Assembly (NCBI RefSeq): GCF_000315625.1
Contig: NW_005434646.1
Span: 638,534-702,533, forward strand
Source: Guillardia theta CCMP2712
Lineage: Eukaryota > Protista > Cryptophyta
Direction: 5' to 3'
DNA length: 64,000 bases
This document shows positions 22,843 through 33,968 of this stretch, one piece after another. How positions within the stretch are numbered: position 1 is the stretch's first letter; each line of letters starts with the position of its first letter. The position numbers and the translations under genes were made by a program. The notes beneath the pieces were generated by a model, which did not search any database, was not told where the DNA came from, and saw only the letters and a list, made by a program, of their open reading frames with translations.

Positions 22843-24918
22843 ATGCAGGCGAGACTTGCGCAGGTGCGAGCGACTTACGAGGGAGCAGGACAAGCGCATG
22901 TGCTGCGACATGTCGAGAAACTTTCAGAGGTGAGACAAGAGGAGGAGGCGCCTGCCTTGCTGCCCGTGCCATGCAAGCCCAACCAGACGGCTCTGAGAGC
23001 TTCGCTCTATTACAGGCTGAGCTGGCAAGCCTGGTGGAGCAGTTGGAGCAGATCGATGTGAAGCGCGTCCTCGAGACGTACAAGCTCTCCGTGCAAGATG
23101 CTTCCAACACCAGCAAGCTCTCAATGGTCGACCCGCTCCCTGAAGTGGCGAACTTCTCTCGCCTGTCAGCACAGATGCGCAGTGACTACGTCAGCAAGGG
23201 ACTGTCGTTGATCAACTCGGGGAAGGTTGGATACTTGCTCCTGGCAGGGGGGCAAGGGACGCGACTGGGCACGACAGAGCCCAAGGGATGCTACGACATA
23301 GGGCTGCCGTCGAAGAAGTCCCTCTTCCAGCTGATGGCCGAGAGGCTGACGAGGCTGCGGGAGATCAGCGGGAGGGAGGCTCCCCCCATCCCCTGGTACG
23401 TGATGACTAGCCCGATGACAGACGAGCAGACGAGATCCTTCTTTGTGAAGCACAACTTCTTCGGGCTGAAGGCGGCCGATGTCTTCTTCTTCCAGCAGGG
23501 CACGCTCCCCTGCCTCGACCTCTCCGGGAACATCCTCATGGAGTCGACGAGTCAGGTAGAGCCAACTATGTAGATTCCTTTCAATCCTTCGACAGCCTGT
23601 TCAGGGATGGGATGACGCGACGTGCAGGTTGCAAGGGCTCCTGATGGCAACGGCGGTATCTATCGTGCGCTGAAGAGCTCAGGAGCCTTGAAGGACATGC
23701 GGGATCGCGGCGTGAGCTACGTACATTGCAGCTCTGTAGACAATGCTCTCGTCCTTCCCGCAGATCCGCTCTTCATCGGTGAGAAACTTATCACTGTATC
23801 TGATCCAGTCTGCCCCTCCTCTTCCTCGCCATGCTGGTGAAATGTTTGACCTAATGCCGCCGATGATCGAAGAGAGTGGATCCACGAATTTGGAATTGCA
23901 CTTACACGGTTGTTGTAGGATACTGCATCGAAAAGAATGCTGATTGTGGAGCTAAGGTGCATGATACAACTCCGATTGTCAAAGAAGCTGAAGTGTTTTG
24001 CAGGTTGTTGCCAAAGCTGGACCTGATGAAGCCGTTGGTGTCCTCTGCGCTGCCGGTTTGCACCCCGTTGGTTGATCTGGCGAACATGACGGAGGGCGCA
24101 GAAGAGGGAGGAGCCAAGGTTGTGGAGTACAGCGAGATCTCACAGGAGGCAGCGCGAGAGATCGATCCTTCCACAGGGGCGCTGAGGTTAAACGCGGGGA
24201 ACATTTGTGAGTGAAGGAGGAAGGCGAGCTCGGAGAGATGACTCTGTTTGCAGGCAATCATTTCTACACTGTTGACTTCCTTGACATGGCTGCTGAGCTG
24301 TTGACTCCCTATCACATCGCCAAGAAGAAGATCCCCTGTATCGATGAAACGGGTGAGGATCCTTTCTCCTCCTCTCCTCCGCTGAGCTCGCCCAGGCCAA
24401 CACGTCACCCCGCAAGTAAACAACGGCATCAAGCTCGAGCAATTCATCTTTGACTGCTTCCCTCACAGCAAATCGTTTGCGTGCGCAGAGGTCCGTGCCT
24501 CGTGCCCTCTCCTCGAGCTGAACCTTCATGCACCGTCAGGTCATCCGTGAGGAAGAGTTTGGCCCCGTGAAGAATGCTCCCGGCAAGCGACTAGAGCCCT
24601 GATGCCTCCTGCTGACCTGTCCTCAGGATCCTCCGTGGACTCTCCCGACACTGCTCGTGCTCTCTTGCTCAATCTTGGGCGCAAGTACGTGCAAGAAGCA
24701 GGTGGGAAGATCGAGGGCGACGGGCCTGTAGAGGTGTCGCCGCTCCTCTCCTACAGGTTCTTGCCCCTCCTGATCTTGCATTCAGCGATTGAGGGGACAA
24801 TGGCAGGGGCGAAGGTCTAGAGGAGGCCTGCAAGGGCAAGACCATCACGGCGCCGACCATCCTGACTGGGTTGGGTGAGGTCGGGGGATCGAGGAAGCGG
24901 CAGGTTGAAGACCAGTAG
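22843..24918 (+). CDS. UAP1: UDP-N-acetylglucosamine pyrophosphorylase, multi-exon
   Basis: [54 protein letters not shown]...[46 protein letters not shown]. Confidence 0.96.
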
Positions 24919-25320
24919 GAGGATGCGGAATGTCTTTCCGTCGCGGCTTCATGCTTGCGCTGATCCTCATGAGGTAGGAGAGAGTCTCACCACTGGGCTG
25001 CTTATACCCATGAAATTCTTCTCTTTCTGCTTCCTCGTACCATCTCCTCGTTCTTGCTGGCTGCATCAATCAACTGGGCAATGTCGTCTGCCATGGCATT
25101 GCATGTGTTCGAGCATTGTCGGTTCTCCCTCCACTTTGCTTGCACTACTAGATGAGTTGAGACGCGCGGAGCAAGAGTTCGGTTGTGTGGGATGGCCAGC
25201 AGAAGAGAACAGGGGAGGGGAGGAGAAGGGAAGGGCAGAGAAGGCTCCTCGTCTACACATGAAACTAGAGACGGGGAGAGGTAACCATCTATCAAGAGGA
25301 TCAAGGTGCGGGGTATGAGC

Positions 25321-25321
<1 letters not shown>

Positions 25322-25416
<95 letters not shown>
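25322..25416. repeat. (CAG)n microsatellite
   Basis: Directly visible. Confidence 0.95.
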
Positions 25417-25418
<2 letters not shown>

Positions 25419-25427
25419 TCGAGAAGC

Positions 25428-27128
25428 GTGGAGCACAACTGGGAGCACAAGCAGGAGCACAAGTTTGTGGCTGTGGTCTGCCAACTTACGCGGTCATGCT
25501 ACTTTATAGAAGGGATGGTGGCGGCCAGGGGGAGGCGGTCGGGGAGGATGGGGAGAGCGCCGTGTGCATTCGGTTGTCTCGTCCTGTTTCAGGTTCTCCT
25601 CGGCATGCTGATGGAGGTACGGCTCTCTCAGATGCGATCATGGTTCGAAGATCCCAACCTCGCGCTCTCGGAATGGTTCTTCACCTCGCCTGATAAATTT
25701 GAGAATGTGCGGATGATGCGGAGGAGGGCGGGCGGCGCCATGGCGCTGGCGAAGTACAGCTGCACGTCAGTCCATGGAAGCCTTGTCGCTGACCCGCTGA
25801 CCCCCAGCCCGTCGCGCTTCTGCTTGAATGGCAGCTACAGTTGGGGAAGATGTAGTGAGGGGCGGTTTCTGTGCCTGACAACAGCAAGGGAGCATTGCTT
25901 GCGTTCGTTACGCAAATCTTCAGGCCTCTTTGACCGCCTCATGTTCTATCTCTTTGCTAGAAAGGACTGCGAGCTGTTGACGGGCTGCCGAGAGGTTGCA
26001 AGCAAGTACGGCAAGGTTGAGCACACCAAACAAGTCCCGACCTGCTTTAGGGAAGAGGTGCGGTACGCCTGCAGGAAGATGGACAAAGTTTGCTACATAG
26101 AACAAGGGGAAGTGAAACGGCTGGAGGATCTATGCTTGAGCTGGGAGGAGTCTGTCTCGTCCTGCGTTCCGGGGAACCAACGGCTCTGCCCCACTGCTCC
26201 TCCCGCCAACGTCAGCTCGGCAAGAGCGAAAGGCGAGGAGAAGAGTGCTTCGGAGGGTGGTCGGCCCAGCCTCTGCACTTACAAGGAGGCAATCTCAGCA
26301 GCTGAGTTGAGAGGAAAGAGGAGGAGCGTGCTGATGCGATGGGACGGGAGGATGTGTAACCACATGATCCAATACCTCTACGCTCGCTTGCTCGCAGACA
26401 CCCATGGGTATGGCTTGCGCGTCCTTCATGACTTTGGGTTACTCAAGCAATGTCCCGGCATCACGTTTGACCCTGTTGATGACGAGGATCGCGCATACAT
26501 CCCCGTTGAGAACGGGCTGTGGAACCAGAACTACCTCTTCTTCGCGTCGTCCAGAGAGCTGGCATGGCAAATCTTTGTCGGAAGAGAGAAGAAGTTTGTT
26601 CCCAACATGATCGTTGTGCACTTCCGCCGTCTTGAAGTAGATTATGGTACACCGATCCGAAATCCGCCATTGACTTACTACACTTCTATACTCGACAAGC
26701 TGACGACTCCGGAGAGCAACCTGTGGATAGTCACAGAGCCGGATCAGGAGAGGAACCCTGTAGTCCAGCACCTCGTACAGCATTATGGCGGGACCATACA
26801 CGGTCAGAGTCCGTACCTCGACTTTCTCCTGGGGTTGCATGCCGAGTATTTCATTGGGTCTGAGGGAACTTTCTCTTGGATGATCGCGTTCCTTTTCCTG
26901 GGCAAGAAGTTTTTCCTTTCCTACGATCCGGACATCTGCCAGGGCTCCGTCTGGTATCCGCTGCACCATCTCTTTATCCATGATGACCCGAGGGCGTTCT
27001 ACCTTCGCACAGATAACCTGTCGACAGCCTTGACGGCTGCTCAGGTCCTGAGCGAGGGCTCGAAGTTTTCAAGGTGCGTCAGTGAGCGAACTGATCAAGG
27101 TGCTCCCTGGGCCCATCCTGTTCGTTGA
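25428..27128 (+). CDS. Intronless type II membrane glycosyltransferase, GT11 (alpha-1,2-fucosyltransferase)-like, with Cys-rich stem
   Basis: Single hydrophobic anchor (CLVLFQVLLGMLM). GRMCNHMIQY resembles GxLGNQMFQY; IVVHFRR resembles VGVHxRRGD; also YY..IL and DFLLGLHAEYFIGSEGTFSWMIAFL (NSTFSWW-like). True start may be a downstream Met. Confidence 0.7.
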   Translation: MEHNWEHKQEHKFVAVVCQLTRSCYFIEGMVAARGRRSGRMGRAPCAFGCLVLFQVLLGMLMEVRLSQMRSWFEDPNLALSEWFFTSPDKFENVRMMRRRAGGAMALAKYSCTSVHGSLVADPLTPSPSRFCLNGSYSWGRCSEGRFLCLTTAREHCLRSLRKSSGLFDRLMFYLFARKDCELLTGCREVASKYGKVEHTKQVPTCFREEVRYACRKMDKVCYIEQGEVKRLEDLCLSWEESVSSCVPGNQRLCPTAPPANVSSARAKGEEKSASEGGRPSLCTYKEAISAAELRGKRRSVLMRWDGRMCNHMIQYLYARLLADTHGYGLRVLHDFGLLKQCPGITFDPVDDEDRAYIPVENGLWNQNYLFFASSRELAWQIFVGREKKFVPNMIVVHFRRLEVDYGTPIRNPPLTYYTSILDKLTTPESNLWIVTEPDQERNPVVQHLVQHYGGTIHGQSPYLDFLLGLHAEYFIGSEGTFSWMIAFLFLGKKFFLSYDPDICQGSVWYPLHHLFIHDDPRAFYLRTDNLSTALTAAQVLSEGSKFSRCVSERTDQGAPWAHPVR

Positions 27129-27181
27129 AGTGCACGTTCCCAGTCAGCGATGTGCACCAGCAGCCCCAGCCTCTGAACAGC

Positions 27182-27296
27182 AGAAGAAGAAGAAGAAGAA
27201 GAAGAAGAAGAAGAAGAAGAAGAAGAAGAAGAAGAAGAAGAAGAAGAAGAAGAAGAAGAAGAACATCAAGAAGAAGAACATCAAGAAGAAGAAGAA
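27182..27296. repeat. (AAG)n microsatellite
   Basis: Directly visible, just 3' of the glycosyltransferase stop. Confidence 0.95.
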
Positions 27297-27862
27297 TATG
27301 GTCTAAGCGACGGTGAAGTTGGACTGTCTCTCATTCTCAAGGACGTCTGTGCGTCCCATCCATATGGACTTGGAGGCAACAGAGATGAAAGGACTGAAGC
27401 TCTTGCTCTGCACTCAGTTAACGAGATGTGATGGAACGAAGATGCCGGCAAAAGAGCTCGAATGAAGGCCAGGGGAGGAGGCAAGTGGGAGGTCGATGAT
27501 AATCAGCCGAAGGACAAGGCAAATTTCAGTAGGTTCGAAAGGAGGGTCATCTTAAACAGGTCAGGGTAGAAATGAATGATCTCGATGTTTTCACGTCAGA
27601 GATTCATGTAGATCTCTCCCCTCTCTCCCGCTCCGGGCCTCCCTCCCCCTCCCTCCCTCCCTCTCTCTCTCCCTCTCCCTCCCTCCCTCCCTCCCTCTCT
27701 CTCCCTCCCTCCCTCTCTCCCTCTCTCCTCCAACACTGTCAAGTCTTCAAGTTCGTGCTGGTCACAATCAGGGCCCCTTCACTTGTCTATTGAAAGTTCG
27801 CTATCCTGAGGCAGACCCGTTGGACTTCGTGTTGCGCCTCAAGCGATAACAGTGGGGTCGCC

Positions 27863-30075
27863 ATGGCGACTTCCAGGTTGATGGCAGGTGAGAGGAGAGG
27901 AGAGAGGAGAGAGGAGAGAGGAGAGAGGAGAGAGGAGAGAGGAGAGGGAGCAGAGAAGAAAGATGATTTTTGCGGGCGGGGGTGGAAGAGGATTACATGC
28001 AGAGGCTTTGATGTTGTGCAAGAGCAGAGGCGTGATATTGCCCCTTGCTTCACCTTGCCTGACGTACGTTGGCAGCCATGCTGCTGGCGATGAGCTTGGA
28101 GCCATGCCGGTCAGCATTGTTGAGCTCCCACCTCTTCTCAAACCACAAGGGTGGATGCGGCAAGACGACCATCTTGTTCCACACTTGCGCAGAGTACGCC
28201 AGGCGGCACAAGGACGACCAGGTGCTGGTGATCGACACGACTCTGCGAGGAGACTTGTCGGAGCTGCTTCTGGGAGGAGACAAGGGAGCCTCTGGGAAGC
28301 AGGCAGTGAAGGCCCTGGCTCATCTTCGCAGCACCACCAAGCTGTTCCATCAAGCTGCTGCTATCCATGCAGCCGAGGGAGTGACCTACGGGACCCCTTC
28401 CTCTACCATTCGCGCGGCACTGGGGAAGATACTCGCAAAGGAAGGGAAAGATGCCGACGGAGATGATTCCCTGCTTGACATCGACAAGGTTGTCTTGTAC
28501 GAGACTCTTTCTGTCCTCTCGTCTCCTACCTTACCATCCCACTTGCATCGCTCACTTCACTCATTCTCTTTCCAGACTGTTGTGAAAGTTCACGACTTCA
28601 ACTCGTGTATTCCGGAGAACGTCTTCCTGTGTCTGGGAGGAAGTGGCCCCCAGACTTCGTTTCCTCAACAGCAGCGACAAGCCATCGCCGACACCATCCG
28701 GAAGGTAGAGCAAGTCTCGCTGTATGCGACTGGTACTGATGGCGGTATCAACGTGTGGCAGTATCTAGACAAGAGCTCGACGTCGTGGAGGCTGATATGC
28801 GACACTGACGGTGATCAGGTGAGTTCTAACGCCCTTGCGTGTTTTGGTTCATCTGCTCTACCACAAGGGCTTCAGCGATTACACCAAGATCGCCCACGCG
28901 CTGTGCGACAAGTGCATTATACCGCTCAAGGTACGGGATGACGTCGACGGCTCCTCCTCTACTGAGCTCTTGGCTGTCCCCCTACGCAGACAAACTTGAA
29001 TGATTTCTCGAATCGGTCGCATGAAAAGACCGATCGCCTCCCTCCTGACGTCTTTCTAGATGTATCCCTATGATGGAAGAGCTTTACCTCGCAAGACAGG
29101 TTTCCCTCCCCTCCTCTGGCCTTCTCCTCCTGCTCCTGCTTCTGACCCTCCATGAAACACTTGCAGAGCGGCGAGGTGCGAAGCTGTGTCCAGGTAGGAG
29201 GAGGGAGGGAGAGGAGGGCGGGAGGGGGAGGCAAGAACATGTTCCCTGACTGTTTGTTCTCAGCTCTTCATCTGGAACGAGATCGACGTACACAAGAACA
29301 GCCCGAGCTCGGTGCCTGCTGGAAGTTGCGACCTTCCACACTGACCAGACCGTCAGGTCTCCGGGCTCCTCACGCCCACCAAAGCAGCTCAGGGGATAAT
29401 CGGTATGCTCAATGGGCTCGTGGCGGAGGTGAGCGAGGAGGCGGAGGGACAGAGGAGTTGAGGACGATGGCAGGTGGCCATGACGTACCCTGATCTCTTC
29501 TACAACGCACCGCCTGCTGGTACAGTCCGTGGGAGAGAGTTGGACGTGGGAGTGGAGGAGGGGGGGAGGGGTTGAGACGCAGGAGACCAGGGCTGCTGAG
29601 AGCATGTCGGAGTAGAGGAAGAGAGGACAAGGAGGAAGGGAAGGGCAAGAGAGATGGAGGGAAAGAGACTCAGAGGAGTCAGAAGGTAGACGCTCAAGTT
29701 GCCTCAGATCGCTCCGACATTGATGACTTCGCTGGAGCCTCTACAATGTGCATGCGAACATTCGGAGTGACTGGTAGGATGCGAGCGCAATGTCGGAGAA
29801 GGGATGAAGAATCTGCGCAGGTCTGGCAGCGGCTGAGCACGGGATTCCTTTCTGCTCGATGAAGGTGACGAGCGTTGAAGGGGGAGGAGGCTGACGGGGA
29901 GGAGCAGGAAGGGAAGCTAGAAGGAGGGAGGCTGGCGTACGAAATCCAAGGGGATACCCTCAAGCAGGTGCTCAACCTCCTTGTCTCCTTGCGCGACTGA
30001 CAGACGATGCAGCTGACCAACAACATTGCTGAGCTCGCCGATCGCCTCGACGACCCCGCGTGGGGGAAGTCATGA
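27863..30075 (+). CDS. ParA/Soj-family (deviant Walker A) P-loop ATPase, many short introns
   Basis: FSNHKGGCGKTT, VLVIDTTLRGDLSELLLGG, Walker-B-like LICDTDG, ALCDKCIIPL, FIWNEID, AAAEHGIPF; ends LADRLDDPAWGKS*. 5' exons uncertain. Confidence 0.82.
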
Positions 30076-30199
30076 AAGCTGGTCTCTCCCCATCGGTGAG
30101 CGGGTGAGGGGAGGAGAGCATGTAACATGAAACCGGCGCTGGCCGGAAGGTGAAAGAATAACATAAGGAATAAGCTAACGGGAATACGCTACTGCTCCT

Positions 30200-33100
30200 C
30201 CCAGTAGTTCCGCGACGGCGAGACTTCTGCATCCTCGTCAAGGGGCTTGCGGCACAGCGAGCTCTAGTAGTACCTTGAGGCTCTTCCCTGCCGCGCTCCT
30301 CCCCATCCCCATCCCCCTCCCCTTCTTCGAAGGGATTAGCAAGAGGCACCACAGAATCCATGCCATTCCTGCAAGACCGTCAGCCTCCTCCATCTCCTTC
30401 CCCCTCCTTCTCCTCCTCCCTCTCCACCTTCCCCTTCCTTCGCTTTCTGCCCACCTGTCGATTCGGAAGCCTGGCCCCGTGACAAGGTTCTTGGGTGGCA
30501 TCTGAGTTGGCACTGGCTGGGGAGCTACTTGCCCGATAACGAAAGGTTTCTGAGCTGCGCGAGCGACGGAGCTCTCCTCCCCTCCTCCGCTGCTCTCCTC
30601 CCCCTTCCCCAGGAAATCTTCTACTGCGTTGTGATCGAAAGCGCTGTCCCCTCCTTGGACCATCTTGCCAAGATCACCGAGAAGGCGTTTGAGCTCCTGC
30701 CTCATCCATCAACAGGAGGAAGTTGCGGTGGAGGACAACTCTACCTTGGCCTTGGCCTCGTCCGTCTCAGAGGCAGCGGAGGAGGATGAGGAAGGAGAGG
30801 TAGAGGAAGGTTCATCCTGCTGTTCAGGGAGGTCACGGAGAGGACTCGAGGCTGCGATGGAAACCTGCTGAGAGATCTGCGACGATCGCTGCTTGATCGC
30901 ATCCTCTAAGTTATCCAGTCGCTTCTCCTGCTTTCGAGTCAATCGACCGCTCTAGATGATGGAGACCAGAGGAGGATGCGCGAGGCGTAACAAGGAGGAA
31001 CGACAAGGGCAGTTGGTGGGAGGGGGGACAATGAAGAACGTTCAAGTCCGGTGAAGAAAGAGAGGGGAGGAGGAAAATCACCATCTCGTTGAACTCCTCG
31101 CGCGTTACGGTGGAGCTCTCGCCGGAGTCGCTCGGAGGAGGTGGCGACTGCTGAGAGGCAACGAGAGGTGCTGGGCTGCTGCTCTCAACCTGGTCTGACC
31201 CAGCAGGTGCTGCGGTCTGAACCCCCTTGACGAGGTCGTGAAGAGGAGCGATGATCGCCTGCCACCTCCATCAGCCCCCCTCAACCACGAGGACTGTGCC
31301 ACAGCACCCGCGACGTGAAGCCTTCCGGCACTTTCGCTGCCCCCATCTGCCAGGAGTCCTCGATCGTTGGGCTCAGCTTCGGCAGCCATGACCATCCCCG
31401 CGATGAAAAACTCTGAAGGCAAGCACGAGTCAGCTCTGTCTTCTCCGTAGGCTCCTTTTTCATCCTCCTCTCCCTCCTTCCTCTTCTTGCCTCCCCTCCC
31501 CTCCCCTTCTCTCCCTCCACATCTCTCCCTCCTCCTCTCCTCCTCTTTCGACCTGCCCAGGTTGGTATCCCTTCCATTTGACTGGAGGAGCAGGGAGGAC
31601 ATATTCGTCATAGGTGCTCTTGGCGTTCCAATCGGAGTTGTCAGGGAAAATCAACTGAGCGATGAAGTGAGGGGAGAGCAGATGCCAAATCCCAGCAGAC
31701 CTTCAGTCCTGGGAGACGAGGAAGCAGAGGAGGAAGCTTTGGGACTGTGAGATCTATAGGAGCCGCCTTGTGGATCGGGGGCGGGGGAGGGGGAGGAGTG
31801 GAGAGCACAGGGCTCCAATGCGGCAACGGACCCTCACACTTTCCTGCCTGTCCGTACCCACAACCAGCCCTATCACAGCCTGTCAACCTACAGCCCTTCC
31901 GTTCGAACAACACGAACATCACCTGTAGTATCCATCCGGGCAGGGCAGGTTGGAGCATTCGCCGCACACAGTGTCCTCCATGCTGGTGCAGGAGGCGAGG
32001 GTGTACTGCGTGCTGCCGCACATGCTGCACGACCTGCACATCTTGTCTGACATGGGGGAGCACTCTTCTACTTGAAAGAAGCCCTGCGGGCAGGGGGCGG
32101 ACGAGCAGTTGGCGCACTGCGTGTCTCGTTCGCTGCTGCACGGCGAGGTCATGTAGGTCCCAACCTGGCAGGAGGAGCAGGAGGCGCAGGCGACATCCGC
32201 ACTGCGACCGCAGGTCTGCCTTGCAAAGTAGCCGACAGGACAAGCGCTGCATGGCGAGCATTGCGTGTCCTTCCTCTTGGAGCAGTTCTGTGAGTTCCAA
32301 TACCCCGTAGGACATGCCGAGCAAGGGCTACAGATGCGGTCGGAAACTGCCGAGCACGGAGCGAGCTCATACTGTCCTTGTGGACAAGGCGAGCAGTCGA
32401 CAGATACTGATGCATTTTGAGGCTGCAGAAGAAAGAGAGCAACAACAAGTCAGCAGTGAGAATGACAAGAAAGTTCATGGACATATATAATCCAAACCTG
32501 CTGAGGAGGAACCTGCTGGAGCAAGTCAGAGACGATGCAAGATCGAGCCATACCACGATGAAACGACCTGAGGTGAGAACGGCGCTGACTGTGGAGGGAG
32601 ATTTTGACCCCCGCCCTGCTCTGCAGGGAGCGGCGGGAATGCAGCAGACTGGGAGGCAGGAGGAGAATAAGGCGGGCCTTGTTGAGGAGGAGAGACAGCG
32701 CGGGAAGGAGCAGGGTAGCGGTAGGCTTGAGCTTGCTTCCTCTCATAGTAGGGAACCTCTGGGAAAACTTCTTTCTGCGGGTTCCCCTTGGGCCAGAGGT
32801 GCTCCACTACGCCCCACCTCTTGTCGTCCATCTTCCCGGCTTCCACCGGGTTGCTCTTCCTGTTCCACTTGAGCGTCCAGTCGCTCTGATCAGCCGGCTG
32901 TGAGGTCTTGATGTCGAACGTGGGCATGTCCTCTTCAGCTGGCTTCCCTCTCGAGCTCTCCTCCAGCTGCTGTCCAAGAGGCGCCAGCCTTGGCAGCGCC
33001 ACTGCTGGACTCCTGATGCTCGGACGAGGTCGCGAGTCCGACGGGACGGGTGGGGGGGGACTTAGCTTCGCATGCATCTGAGTTCGAGGAGCAGGTGCTG

Positions 33101-33482
33101 TCCTCCGGGTCAACACCTTACCTCCTCTTCTCTCCTGCTGATGCTGTTGTCTGGTAAGAGCTCTGACCATCCACATTCCATCTTTCAGCGCTGCTGGGTT
33201 CTTGTCTACCGCAGCGTCTGCGAGGCTCTCGGCCGACTGCCATCCAGGCTTTCCACTCCTCTTCCACAGATCTTTTGCTTTCAGAAAGCTTGCAGCAGCC
33301 TCGCTGTACTGCCCTTGCTTGGCTTGGAGGTGCCCTTCTGCAATGATCCGGACAGCTCTAGAGTATGCTGAAACCAGCTCAACCTTTGGGTTTGAAATGC
33401 ACACATAAGAGATCAATGCGATCAGGCAGGTTGATAAGCATGCTATGCCCACTAGACGCAGCATGTTCCTGTATCGACGCAA
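30200..33482 (-). CDS. Signal-anchored protein with TNFR-like cysteine-rich repeats; probably one multi-exon gene (the 3' part 30200-31600 could be separate)
   Basis: N-terminal hydrophobic segment LVGIACLSTCLIALISYVCI. Repeats PCSSERDTQC..C...C..G.FQVEECSPMSDKMC.SCS.C...QY....CTSMEDTVC..C at ~31900-32230. Confidence 0.6.
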
Positions 33483-33968
33483 AAATCAGCATGTAATCGT
33501 TTCGGAGGAAACTCAGACAACGGATCGCAGAACTAAACATGAGCATCAAACTCACCTTCCACGAAGAGATGGAGCGATTCGGTCAGTATCTTTCAGTCCA
33601 ACCCTCGCTATGTTCGTCTCTTCGCCATGATCCTCAAAGTTTGTCGCCTCCTCTAATATCTCCGATGTGCTGCCATGATCTATTTCGGTCGGTCCGTTGC
33701 GGACGGTTGCAGCGGGACCCAAACGGAGCTTGACCGTTACGATACCGTTGTGGATGGAGGAAATGATTTAAGCTAAAACAGTAAATGAGAAGTAAAATAG
33801 ATAACCTAAATGCATGCATGGGACGCGGAGAGTTGAGGTACAAGGGTGAATGACACAACGGGGTGGGGTGGTGAAAGCGAAGTCTCCACATGTTATAGGG
33901 GTGATAATAGGGGAAACCAGGGGTGAACACATATGTGAGGGGGTGGGGGTGATAAACGGGGAGCGATC

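Noticed and set aside
27082-27316. Poly-Lys/poly-Arg ORFs (and the poly-Ala ORFs near 25300)
   Set aside because: Translations of (AAG)n and (CAG)n microsatellites.
30700-30750. In-frame TGA between two minus-strand ORFs (readthrough or selenocysteine?)
   Set aside because: The TGA lies within a plausible short GTAGAG...GCAG intron.
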